DNA from: Candidatus Pacearchaeota archaeon
Lineage (GTDB): Archaea > Nanobdellota > Nanobdellia > Pacearchaeales > GW2011-AR1
Direction: 5' to 3'
Assembly: GCA_003554465.1 (NCBI GenBank)
Contig: PWGL01000110.1
Span: 1-33,820, forward strand
Length of the DNA stretch: 33,820 bases
Of the stretch, positions 1-7,730 are shown piece by piece. A model generated the notes under the pieces. That model did not search any database. It saw nothing but the letters and a program-made list of their open reading frames with translations, and was not told the origin of the DNA. Each line of letters starts with the position of its first letter. The stretch's first letter is position 1. Made by a program: the position numbers and the translations under genes.

Positions 1-824
1 CTTAATATTTTAGGGTCTGCTGCAAATTCTTTAATTTGTCTCTCATCTTCCTCACTTATATTTAATTCTTCAAATGTTTCTTCTAAGGGTATGACATTAT
101 TAGCCTCTAAAGCTATGTCGGATCTAGTAAGTTTTTTACCTGTTTTACCTGTTATAGGTATTTCTTTTAAGACTCCTGCCAGTTTTATTTTACTACCTGG
201 AGTGGTTCTTTTTTCCATTTTTGGTTCTGTCAAATCTCTTTTTAAGAATGCATTAACTCTTCTTGGTTGCTCTCCCCCAAATAGACCTTCTGGCGACTCT
301 TCAATTACCAGTCTTTGAGCGTCAACCATTTCTTTGTCTAAAAGTTTAAAGTTTCCTTTTCTTCCACAACTACAACTGCTGGGTGTTTTAAATTTCTTTT
401 TAACTTGCAAAACAGATATTATGGTTCCGCAAGAAGGACATTCAAATTTAGCATTAACTACTTGAGGTCTAACTTCACTTGCCTGTCTAACAATTCCCTC
501 TACCTGAATTAATTTGTTTAAATGGGTTGCCCTCAAATTCCTAATATATTCTGTATATGTCTCTGGCAGATTTTTCAATCTTACTCTTGGTTTATTAATT
601 AGTCCCGAGTCTTCTACTGCCGACTCTAAAATTTGTATGGTTTCTTCCGGTTTTTCGGCAAGCTCTTCAGATAGTTCATGAGAAAAAGAAGCAAGCTCTT
701 TGAAATCTATAAAGATAACATTTCCTCCTTTTTTTATACTCTCTCCTATCTCTTTTTTATAAGAGTCTACAAAATTTCTCGCCTCTAGCAATAAATCATT
801 AGTTTCTTTTTTTTCATTTGCCAT
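1..824 (-). CDS. mcm: MCM replicative helicase, N-terminal part only (the gene continues past coordinate 1)
   Basis: Absent from the ORF track because it has no in-window stop. Hand translation of the minus strand from ATG 824..822 gives MANEKKETNDLLLEARNFVDSYKKEIGES...YIRNLRATHLNKLIQVEGIVRQASEVRPQVVNAKFECPSCGTIISVLQVKKKFKTPSSCSCGRKG. This is the MCM N-terminal OB-fold segment followed by a Cys4-type zinc motif. The frame was open in every block I checked. Confidence 0.8.
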   Translation of the reverse strand, partial: MANEKKETNDLLLEARNFVDSYKKEIGESIKKGGNVIFIDFKELASFSHELSEELAEKPEETIQILESAVEDSGLINKPRVRLKNLPETYTEYIRNLRATHLNKLIQVEGIVRQASEVRPQVVNAKFECPSCGTIISVLQVKKKFKTPSSCSCGRKGNFKLLDKEMVDAQRLVIEESPEGLFGGEQPRRVNAFLKRDLTEPKMEKRTTPGSKIKLAGVLKEIPITGKTGKKLTRSDIALEANNVIPLEETFEELNISEEDERQIKEFAADPKIL

Positions 825-955
825 ATTATCAAAAGTTTTTTAGAGTTTAAAACAATTTTTGTTCTCTATTATATCTTTTCAAATTCCCTTAGTATTAGAA
901 ATTCACAATATAGGTTTATTAATCTTTCTTATCAGGTTTAGAAATAAAATTTATT

Positions 956-1507
956 TTACCCTATTCTTTTAACTGCTTCCTTCACATTCTTTTTCAACTG
1001 TTCCATAACTTCTTTTAACTGCTTCCTGTTCTTAGTTCCTGTACATACTAATTTTCCATTTGTGAAAAGAAGAAACGTGGCAGATGGCTCTTCTAATTTA
1101 TAAACAAGTCCGGGGAATTGCTCAGGTTCATACTCTACATTTTCTAATTCTAATGCTAGCAAATTAAGATTAATAGTCATATCTATTTTTCCTGAGGCTA
1201 CAATATTCTGAACTTTTATAATTGGTTTTTCTTTTACCTTAACATCCACTTTTTTCAACTGTTTTATTACTTGATCAATAACCTCTCTAACTTGCTTCCT
1301 GTTCTTAGTTCCTGTACATACTAGGTTACCACTACTAAAAACTAGTACAGCTGATTTAGGTTCTTCTATTCTTAAAACAAGTCCAGGGAATGTTTCAGGA
1401 TTATATTCTGTATTTGGCTGACTTCTAGCAAGTTTTGTTAATGGGACTTTTACATTTAAAGAAGTTGTTGCTACAATATTTTGCACAGATAGATTTTTTT
1501 TGGTCAT
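956..1507 (-). CDS. tbp: TATA-box binding protein
   Basis: The 183-aa ORF consists of two ~90-aa direct repeats. Each starts with QNIVA(T/S) and contains LVCTGTKNRKQ, which is the archaeal TBP architecture. Confidence 0.9.
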   Translation of the reverse strand: MTKKNLSVQNIVATTSLNVKVPLTKLARSQPNTEYNPETFPGLVLRIEEPKSAVLVFSSGNLVCTGTKNRKQVREVIDQVIKQLKKVDVKVKEKPIIKVQNIVASGKIDMTINLNLLALELENVEYEPEQFPGLVYKLEEPSATFLLFTNGKLVCTGTKNRKQLKEVMEQLKKNVKEAVKRIG

Positions 1508-1561
1508 ATCTCCTTTATAAACGATTATCCCTTTATAAAGGTTAGGTTTTGATTAAGCTAT

Positions 1562-3253
1562 TTATTTTAATTTTTCAATCTCTCCTATAGTTGAGATTTC
1601 ATCCATATTTTTGTCAGGTCTTAATCTCGTAAATCGTGGAAACCTTAAAGCATATCCACTATTATAGGTAGGAGACTTTTGTATATTTTGATAAGTTATT
1701 TCTACAATTATTTTTGGTTCGACTTTAATATGCCTGCCCTCTGATTCTTTTTCTAACTTTTTCATTTTATTAGTCATTTCTTTATATGATAGGCCTTCAC
1801 TCTCTTTTTCTTTTAATCCTGTTGAAACCTTCCCTATTTCTAAGAATTTATCTTTGTCAGGGTCTTGACATGCTACATAGAAACTTGTCAACCATCCTGC
1901 TCTTTTTCCCTTACCGTAGTCGGCCCCTGTTATAACCAGATCTAGCTCATTTTCTGCTGGTTTAACTTTTACACCGTAGCCAACTCTTGAACCTGGCTTA
2001 TATGGGGCACTTAAATTTTTCATCATGACTCCTTCCTCCCCTTTTTTTAAAGCATCATTATAGAATTTGTTGGCTTCTTTGATACTTTTAGTTTTTATTG
2101 CTTTTGAAGGTCTTATTTTCCAGTTTTTATTTTCCACATTTTTTTCTATTATTTCTCTTCTTTCTTCTAATGGTTTTTTTAATAGGCTTTTTCCATTATA
2201 ATATAAGATATCAAATACATTTATTTCTACTGGTAATTCTTTTTTTACCTTTTCTATATCATATTTTCTCTTTATTCTTTGAGATATTTCTTGAAAAGGC
2301 ATGTATTCTTTCTTTTTTGAATCGTAGCCCACAGCCTCTGTGTCTAAAATGAAATTTTCTCCCTCAACATATTTTTCTATATATTCTTTAACTTCTGGAA
2401 ATTGTTTTGTTATTTCTTCAAGTCTTCTTGTAAATATCTTTATCTCTCCTCTCTCATCTTTGTTTATCAACATCCTAAATCCGTCATATTTGTATTCTAT
2501 CAGACAGGGCTGTCCTACTTTTTCAAAGCCCTCTTTTACTGTTTCAGCTTTTTGGAAAAGCATCACTTTAACTGGTTTTCCTGGCTTTAGATTTATTTTT
2601 TTTAATGCTTCTTCTCCCTTACAAGCTTTCTCAAAAACCACTGAAAAATCGGTTGTTTTGTCATATGCTTCCTGAACTAATTCTTTATATTTTTTTATAT
2701 TCTCTTCTTCTCCAAAACATGCATTGGTTATGGCGTCTCTCAATGTTCCGCTTCCGACCCCTATTCTCATGTCATGCAGTATTGTTCTTACAATATATCT
2801 GGCTTCTAATGGCTTTGCAGCAGTTATTAACTCAGCTACAAGACTTATTTTTTTATCAACTGTCTTTTTTCCCTCAAATTCTGGTAATTTTTGTATATTG
2901 CTTAGGACTTTTTCAGAAGTTAACTCTTTTTTCGATAGTGTTTTTTGAGTCTTATTTTTAACTACTTTTTCTGCGACCAGTCCTAAATCTCCTAATTTCT
3001 TCCATTCATTAGTTATATTCTCACTGTTTGCACCTGTTGCTTTTTCAAGTGCTTTTTGAATTAAATTTTCACTTATTCCCAGATCTTTTTTTTGATAGTC
3101 TGGAAATGCGCGACCTTGTAATAGGTAGATTATTTCTTTATAATCTTTGCTTTTTAAATTTTTTAAAAAACTAGATAGTATTTCAGTTTTTTTCAGAGTC
3201 GATGGTTGATTTTCCAAATCTTTATAACATTTTACCAGTTTTTCATACTTCAT
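1562..3253 (-). CDS. lig: ATP-dependent DNA ligase
   Basis: Carries the adenylation motif EYKYDGFR and the length and layout of an archaeal Lig1-type ligase. I moved the start to the ATG at 3253 (MKYEKLVKCYKDLEN...); the track begins 7 codons upstream. Confidence 0.9.
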   Translation of the reverse strand: MKYEKLVKCYKDLENQPSTLKKTEILSSFLKNLKSKDYKEIIYLLQGRAFPDYQKKDLGISENLIQKALEKATGANSENITNEWKKLGDLGLVAEKVVKNKTQKTLSKKELTSEKVLSNIQKLPEFEGKKTVDKKISLVAELITAAKPLEARYIVRTILHDMRIGVGSGTLRDAITNACFGEEENIKKYKELVQEAYDKTTDFSVVFEKACKGEEALKKINLKPGKPVKVMLFQKAETVKEGFEKVGQPCLIEYKYDGFRMLINKDERGEIKIFTRRLEEITKQFPEVKEYIEKYVEGENFILDTEAVGYDSKKKEYMPFQEISQRIKRKYDIEKVKKELPVEINVFDILYYNGKSLLKKPLEERREIIEKNVENKNWKIRPSKAIKTKSIKEANKFYNDALKKGEEGVMMKNLSAPYKPGSRVGYGVKVKPAENELDLVITGADYGKGKRAGWLTSFYVACQDPDKDKFLEIGKVSTGLKEKESEGLSYKEMTNKMKKLEKESEGRHIKVEPKIIVEITYQNIQKSPTYNSGYALRFPRFTRLRPDKNMDEISTIGEIEKLK

Positions 3254-3360
3254 TCTTATAATATAAACTATCAAGTATGTTTTTATAGTTTGTGATTGTT
3301 TTCCGAAAGTTATATAAAAACATTATATTTTGTCTAAATAATAAATAGAAGGGGGTCAAG

Positions 3361-3648
3361 ATGTTATCAGATATTCCAAAAGATTTGAAAAGTGTTGATA
3401 AAGAAAATATAGATAAAGAAGTTTTAAGAGCAGGAATTATTGCTGAGTTAGATGCTATCAGTTTATATGAACAATTAGCTGCCATGACAGAGGACGAAGA
3501 TATAAAGAAAGTTATGTTGGATGTGGCTAAAGAAGAGAAAGAGCATGTCGGAGAATTTCAAAAATTGTTGTTAGATAGAGACAAAGAGCAAGTAGAGCAG
3601 CTAAAAGAAGGTAAAGAAGAAGTAGAGGAAATGACAGACTCAGAATAG
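3361..3648 (+). CDS. Small two-helix ferritin-like protein of the EncFtn (encapsulated-ferritin) family
   Basis: IIAELDAISLYEQLAA...VMLDVAKEEKEHVGEFQKLL matches the EncFtn pattern (AELDAI-LYEQ ... EEK-HVGEF) as I remember it from the N-terminal domain of the Pyrococcus furiosus encapsulin fusion. The di-iron E...ExxH ligand spacing is present. Confidence 0.6.
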   Translation: MLSDIPKDLKSVDKENIDKEVLRAGIIAELDAISLYEQLAAMTEDEDIKKVMLDVAKEEKEHVGEFQKLLLDRDKEQVEQLKEGKEEVEEMTDSE

Positions 3649-3684
3649 TTTTTTAATAAGAAAAGTAGAAAGAGGTAAGAAAAA

Positions 3685-4182
3685 ATGAGTGAAACAAAAG
3701 AGAATTTAAAAGAGGCCTTTGCTGGTGAGAGTCAGGCAAATAGGAGATATTTAGCTTTTGCTAAAAAAGCTGAAGAGGAGGGCAAGACTAAAGTTGCTAA
3801 GTTATTTAGAGCGGCTGCAGATGCGGAGACAGTTCATGCCTTAAATCATTTGAAGGTTTTAGGTATAGGGAATACTGAGGAAAATTTAAGAGAGGCGATA
3901 GAAGGAGAAACTTCTGAATTTGAAGAGATGTATCCAGTAATGATTGAAAAAGCTGAAGAAGAAGGTAATGAGGAGGCATCAAAAATTTTTGATCGTGCAA
4001 ATAAGGTTGAAAAGATACATGCTGATTTATATAAAAAGGCAGAAGAAGCGGTTAAAGAAGGAAAAGATTTGAAATTAGAAGAAATATATGTTTGCCAGGT
4101 ATGTGGAAATACTGTGAAAGAAGTTCCTGAAAGTTGTCCAGTATGTGGGCATTCTAAAGATTATTTTAAGAAGATTGAATAG
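3685..4182 (+). CDS. rbr: Rubrerythrin (ferritin-like di-iron domain plus C-terminal rubredoxin-like CxxC...CxxC)
   Basis: N-terminus ENLKEAFAGESQANRRYLAFAKKAEEEG, an internal EGE..FEEMY segment, and C-terminus CQVCGN...CPVCGH. Confidence 0.85.
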   Translation: MSETKENLKEAFAGESQANRRYLAFAKKAEEEGKTKVAKLFRAAADAETVHALNHLKVLGIGNTEENLREAIEGETSEFEEMYPVMIEKAEEEGNEEASKIFDRANKVEKIHADLYKKAEEAVKEGKDLKLEEIYVCQVCGNTVKEVPESCPVCGHSKDYFKKIE

Positions 4183-4218
4183 AGAATTTATTTCTCTTTA
4201 GCTTTTGAAAGGGCTTTT

Positions 4219-4386
4219 TTATAGAATTGTATCTTCTTCATCCATTAGCAAATCTTGTAGTTGTCTTTCTTCGGCACTTTTAAGAAGTCTTAGAAGGATA
4301 TCTGAGTAGGGTTCTCCTTTTGCTCCAAATTCTTTCATTCTTTCTTTGACTTTGTTGGGTAAAACAATTGTTGTTTTTGTTTCCAT
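4219..4386 (-). CDS. 55-aa putative antitoxin (VapB/PF02697-like ribbon-helix type)
   Basis: Not in the ORF track because it is under 60 aa. Hand translation gives METKTTIVLPNKVKERMKEFGAKGEPYSDILLRLLKSAEERQLQDLLMDEEDTIL*. The pattern 'I-L---V-E-L-----G-(S/Y)SD-I--LL' is typical of small archaeal PIN-associated antitoxins. An AT-rich TATA-like block lies about 26 nt upstream of the ATG. Confidence 0.5.
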   Translation of the reverse strand: METKTTIVLPNKVKERMKEFGAKGEPYSDILLRLLKSAEERQLQDLLMDEEDTIL

Positions 4387-4463
4387 TTTATAATATTATA
4401 TTCATTATAATTAATATAACAGTTATACTTTTTAAATTTTTCAGCATTTCATTTTTACCGGAA

Positions 4464-4474
4464 GATTTAAATAG
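4464..4474 (+). promoter_or_regulatory. TATA-box-like element for the PIN gene (leaderless geometry)
   Basis: GATTTAAATAG is centred about 26 nt upstream of ATG 4495. Confidence 0.35.
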
Positions 4475-4492
4475 TACATTGTGCACATAGTA
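4475..4492. promoter_or_regulatory. Imperfect 18-bp palindrome, candidate operator for the toxin-antitoxin locus
   Basis: TACATTGTGCACATAGTA has a perfect 8-bp core (TGTGCACA) and 14 of 18 positions are self-complementary. It sits between the TATA-like element and the PIN start codon. Confidence 0.3.
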
Positions 4493-4494
4493 AT

Positions 4495-4983
4495 ATGATA
4501 ATTAATGATGCGATGATCGTCATTCATTTGGCAAAAATAGCTTTATTGGAAAAAAGCTGCATATATTTTAAAGAAGTTTTAATTCCAAGAAAGGTTTATA
4601 GCGAAGTTACAAAAAATGAAGAAAGTTATCCAGAAGTTAGATCAATTAAAAATTTAATAGACAAAAATAAAATAGAAATAAAAGAAGTAAAAAATAAAGA
4701 ATTGATAGAAAAAGTCAATCAGTTCAATATACAAGGAGGAGAGGCAGAAGCAGTAGCAATTTATTGGCAGGAAAATGCAGATTATTTAGCTACAGATGAT
4801 GATAATGTTAGGAAGAAAAAACATTTATTAGATTTGAGGGTTGTTGGAACTCCTGCAATGATACAAAAAATTTACAAAGAAAAAATGATTAATAAAGAAA
4901 AGTTTATTAATAGTCTGGGAGAATTAAGGAAGATCGGGTGGTTTAGTAGTACAGTCATAGATAAACTTTTAATGGAGACTTAA
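4495..4983 (+). CDS. PIN-domain nuclease (DUF3368/COG2405-like toxin)
   Basis: The acidic PIN residues are in the expected order: IINDA (N-terminal Asp), GGEAEAVA, and LATDDDNVR. Confidence 0.7.
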   Translation: MIINDAMIVIHLAKIALLEKSCIYFKEVLIPRKVYSEVTKNEESYPEVRSIKNLIDKNKIEIKEVKNKELIEKVNQFNIQGGEAEAVAIYWQENADYLATDDDNVRKKKHLLDLRVVGTPAMIQKIYKEKMINKEKFINSLGELRKIGWFSSTVIDKLLMET

Positions 4984-4985
4984 AA

Positions 4986-5285
4986 ATGGGAAAACCAATA
5001 GGAATAAGATTGCCAAAAGATGTTTTGAAAAGAATAGAGAAGTTGAGTAAAGAGGAAAATGTAGACAGAAGTACAATGATACGAGAATTAGTTTTAGAAG
5101 GATATAAGGGGCTTAAAAAAAAGGAAGCGTTAGAAAAGTATAAAGAAGGAAAAATAACTTTTTCAAAAGCAGCAAAGGAAGCAGGAATGACTTTATGGGA
5201 AATGGAAAAATTTTTAGTAGAAAAAGGCTATAAGTCGGAGTATTCGATAGAAGATTTGGAAAAAGAATCTAAACTTTTGGAATAA
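4986..5285 (+). CDS. Ribbon-helix-helix (CopG-like) plus UPF0175-like HTH antitoxin
   Basis: N-terminus IGIRLPKDVLKRIEKLSKEENVDRSTMIRELV is RHH-like. C-terminus ITFSKAAKEAGMTLWEMEKFLVEKG is UPF0175-like; that family is the usual partner of DUF3368 PIN proteins. The gene starts 2 nt after the PIN stop. Confidence 0.6.
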   Translation: MGKPIGIRLPKDVLKRIEKLSKEENVDRSTMIRELVLEGYKGLKKKEALEKYKEGKITFSKAAKEAGMTLWEMEKFLVEKGYKSEYSIEDLEKESKLLE

Positions 5286-5843
5286 TTACTTCCCTTTTCT
5301 ACCGCCAGATCTAACACTCGGCCTAGATTTGTTTGTAGGATCTCTTTTTCTTAGACCTCTTGATTTTCTACCTGCAGAGGTCTTTCCTTTTTTTACTCTA
5401 TCCTGGCTACCTTTTTCACAGACCCATGCTAGTTCTTTATCACTTTTTATTTCGGGCTTATTAGGGTCGACAAGAATAACCTCAAAGAAATAGTTATCTC
5501 TACCTTTTGCAATTTTGTATGAATTCAATGATACTAAATTCGGAAATTTTGACTGAGCTCTTTCTTCGGCTATCCATCTATAATTCTTTTTTAGTGTTTT
5601 CCTGATAGTTTTATTTTTTCCTTTTCTCCCGGCTTTCCTTTTTGGCCTTTTTCTTCCTCCTCTCTTCACCTTTACTCTTGCAACCACAATTCCTTTTTTA
5701 GCTTTATAACCCATTTTTCTAGCACTTTTTAGGTCTGTAGGCTTATCTATCTTCACTACTGAATTTTGCTTTCTCCAGCTAGGCAAATTCTCTTTCACAT
5801 TATTTCTTATGTTTTTTCTTATATATTTATATGCATTCATCAT
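5286..5843 (-). CDS. rpl15e: 50S ribosomal protein L15e
   Basis: N-terminus MNAYKYIRKN...WR, a highly basic composition and ~185 aa fit the L15e family. Confidence 0.85.
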   Translation of the reverse strand: MMNAYKYIRKNIRNNVKENLPSWRKQNSVVKIDKPTDLKSARKMGYKAKKGIVVARVKVKRGGRKRPKRKAGRKGKNKTIRKTLKKNYRWIAEERAQSKFPNLVSLNSYKIAKGRDNYFFEVILVDPNKPEIKSDKELAWVCEKGSQDRVKKGKTSAGRKSRGLRKRDPTNKSRPSVRSGGRKGK

Positions 5844-5962
5844 TTTAGTAATTATTTTTAATCAGTTCGGTTTTTAAAGGTTTTGTATGATTGTTTTTAA
5901 TATTGTTTAAGCAAATTATATAACTTTCTTCCATTAATATATTTTTTCTTAATTCAAAAAGC

Positions 5963-5970
5963 TTTTAAAG
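5963..5970 (+). promoter_or_regulatory. TATA-box-like element upstream of tRNA-Ile
   Basis: TTTTAAAG is centred about 27 nt upstream of the first tRNA nucleotide (5993). Confidence 0.35.
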
Positions 5971-5992
5971 AGATTTATTTTAAATGTTTTAG

Positions 5993-6085
5993 GAGCCCGT
6001 AGCTCAGTCGGTTAGAGCGCTACTCTGATAAATTTTCATAAGTATGGAAAGGTAGAGGTCCCAGGTTCGATCCCTGGCGGGCTCA
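5993..6085 (+). tRNA. tRNA-Ile (anticodon GAU) with a ~19-nt intron in the anticodon loop
   Basis: Hand fold: acceptor GAGCCCG/CGGGCTC plus discriminator A; D arm GCTC-AGTCGGTTA-GAGC; anticodon stem CTACT/GGTAG; loop CT-GAT-AA; T arm CCAGG-TTCGATC-CCTGG. There are 26 nt between the anticodon-stem strands instead of 7. CCA is not encoded. Confidence 0.85.
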
Positions 6086-6129
6086 TCATTAAATTTTTAT
6101 AGTCTCGATTATAATTAATAGTATTAAAA

Positions 6130-6945
6130 ATGAAAAAACAAAATAAAGAAATATTGCTGTATTTAGGAATTATCTTTACAATCTTATTAGTTCTGAATTT
6201 ACTTCTGGTAATTCCAAATATAAGTGAAATAGAGGGAGAAATTAATGATGAAGATTTAGATGTTGAAGACGAGGAATCGATTAGAGGCGATGTTAAAGAA
6301 GAGGAAGCGGTGGAAGATATAGATATAGAGAGAAATATAACTAAAGTGGAAATGATGCTTCCTGCTGCTGATAAAGATGGAAAAGGTGTAGCTACCACAT
6401 TAGAGGTAGAGGCAATTCCTAATGGGACAGGGAAGACATTGACAGATATAGATAATATTTTATTTTGGGCAGATACACAGCATTCTATAAGAATGGCCAA
6501 GTTGGCAGCAGAAGAAATTACAGGTATGAATGTAAATGATTACGATTTAATTTATTCGATAGATGCCAAGGCTTCAGTCGTTGGAGGGCCTTCTGCAGGA
6601 GCAGCGATGTCTGTAGCCACAATTGGAGCTTTAACAGGTAGGCGGCCTAATAAATCAGTTATTATTACAGGAAGAGTAAATCATGATGGCAGTATTGGAC
6701 CCGCCTCTGCTATATTAGAGAAGGCTAAGGCGAGCAAAGATATTGGAGCCAAACTTTTTTTAACACCTTTATCTCAGTCCGAAGGTATAGTTTATGAAAG
6801 AAGCGAACATTGCGAAGATTTTGGCCATACAGAGATTTGTCAGGAAGAAGTAAGGCCTATTAGGGTTGATATTGCAAGTGATGTAGGCATAGATGTTAGG
6901 GAAGTAGGAAGTATTAAGGGGGCTAAAGAGTATTTTTTTAGTTAA
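6130..6945 (+). CDS. Membrane-anchored Lon-type (S16) serine protease domain protein without an ATPase module
   Basis: N-terminal TM helix (ILLYLGIIFTILLVLNLLLV), an acidic linker, then the Lon proteolytic-domain signature VVGGPSAGAAMSVATIGALTG and a downstream Lys in ILEKAKASKDIGAK. Confidence 0.7.
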   Translation: MKKQNKEILLYLGIIFTILLVLNLLLVIPNISEIEGEINDEDLDVEDEESIRGDVKEEEAVEDIDIERNITKVEMMLPAADKDGKGVATTLEVEAIPNGTGKTLTDIDNILFWADTQHSIRMAKLAAEEITGMNVNDYDLIYSIDAKASVVGGPSAGAAMSVATIGALTGRRPNKSVIITGRVNHDGSIGPASAILEKAKASKDIGAKLFLTPLSQSEGIVYERSEHCEDFGHTEICQEEVRPIRVDIASDVGIDVREVGSIKGAKEYFFS

Positions 6946-6953
6946 GTATTAAA

Positions 6954-7652
6954 TTAATTTTCAGATTCTAACTCAAGAATTAGTTTACCATTTTTTAATT
7001 TATAGTCTTTAATCAGTGCAGATAATGGTATCAATTTAACATATACTTTATCGTCACTTATTGCTTTAATCTCTATAGAGTTTTCTAATTTGCTAATCCC
7101 TATATCCCCTATAGATTTAACACCTGGCAACTTTATTTCATATATTAGGTTATCGGACATTCTTCTAACATTAGTTTCTGCCTCCTCTCTAGGCATGCCT
7201 GATATTTTCTTAGCCTTGTTTTTTGATAGCTTTGGATGTTTAACCTCTTTGCTTTCCATTTCTTCTTCGCTATAATCTTCTTTCCTAGGATTGGGACCTC
7301 TACGTTTTACTTTTATCTTCGGATTTTTTCCTGTTCCTGTTGAAATGTTTATACTTAGCCCTTTTGGCTTACCTTCTTTCCTATTATGTCTTTTATCTTC
7401 CCCCATCTGCTTGTCTAATTCTCTAAGCTCTTTATCAAATTGCATCATCAGATTATTTAACAGTCTCCCAAAACCTCCGGACGATCCCATCTTTTCTGAA
7501 AATTTGTTAAAATCTGGAGATGTATCGTCTCTACCTAAAAAACCCCAATTTTTCCCTTCATTTTCTTTTTTTAAGTTATAACTGCAGTAAGGGCAAAAAT
7601 CATATTCTCTTTTTACTTTTCCCCTACATTTAGGACATTTTTTACTTATCAT
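6954..7652 (-). CDS. Zinc-ribbon protein with a C-terminal alpha-crystallin/Hsp20-like domain
   Basis: N-terminus CPKCRGK...FCPYCSYN, a long basic linker, then C-terminus LIYEIKLPGVKSIGDIGISKLENSIEIKA...YKLKNGKLILELE, which is ACD-like. Confidence 0.5.
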   Translation of the reverse strand: MISKKCPKCRGKVKREYDFCPYCSYNLKKENEGKNWGFLGRDDTSPDFNKFSEKMGSSGGFGRLLNNLMMQFDKELRELDKQMGEDKRHNRKEGKPKGLSINISTGTGKNPKIKVKRRGPNPRKEDYSEEEMESKEVKHPKLSKNKAKKISGMPREEAETNVRRMSDNLIYEIKLPGVKSIGDIGISKLENSIEIKAISDDKVYVKLIPLSALIKDYKLKNGKLILELESEN

Positions 7653-7730
7653 GACTGTAAAAATAGTCCAACCTTTTTAAGTTTAGCGGTGAAGAGAAAA
7701 GTTTTAATAGTCTTTTATTCTCTTTTATGT

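Noticed and set aside
91-318. 75-aa plus-strand ORF.
   Set aside because: It is antisense to the MCM N-terminal coding region, which has a clear family pattern.
2098-2961. Several plus-strand ORFs (62-118 aa) inside the DNA ligase gene.
   Set aside because: They lie antisense to a strongly supported gene. Their translations are Leu/Phe/Ser-rich, as expected from reading an AT-rich gene backwards, and carry no motifs.
6036-6500. 154-aa minus-strand ORF overlapping tRNA-Ile and the Lon-like gene.
   Set aside because: It overlaps a tRNA and is antisense to a gene with clear protease motifs. The Ser-rich low-complexity translation looks like a frame artefact.
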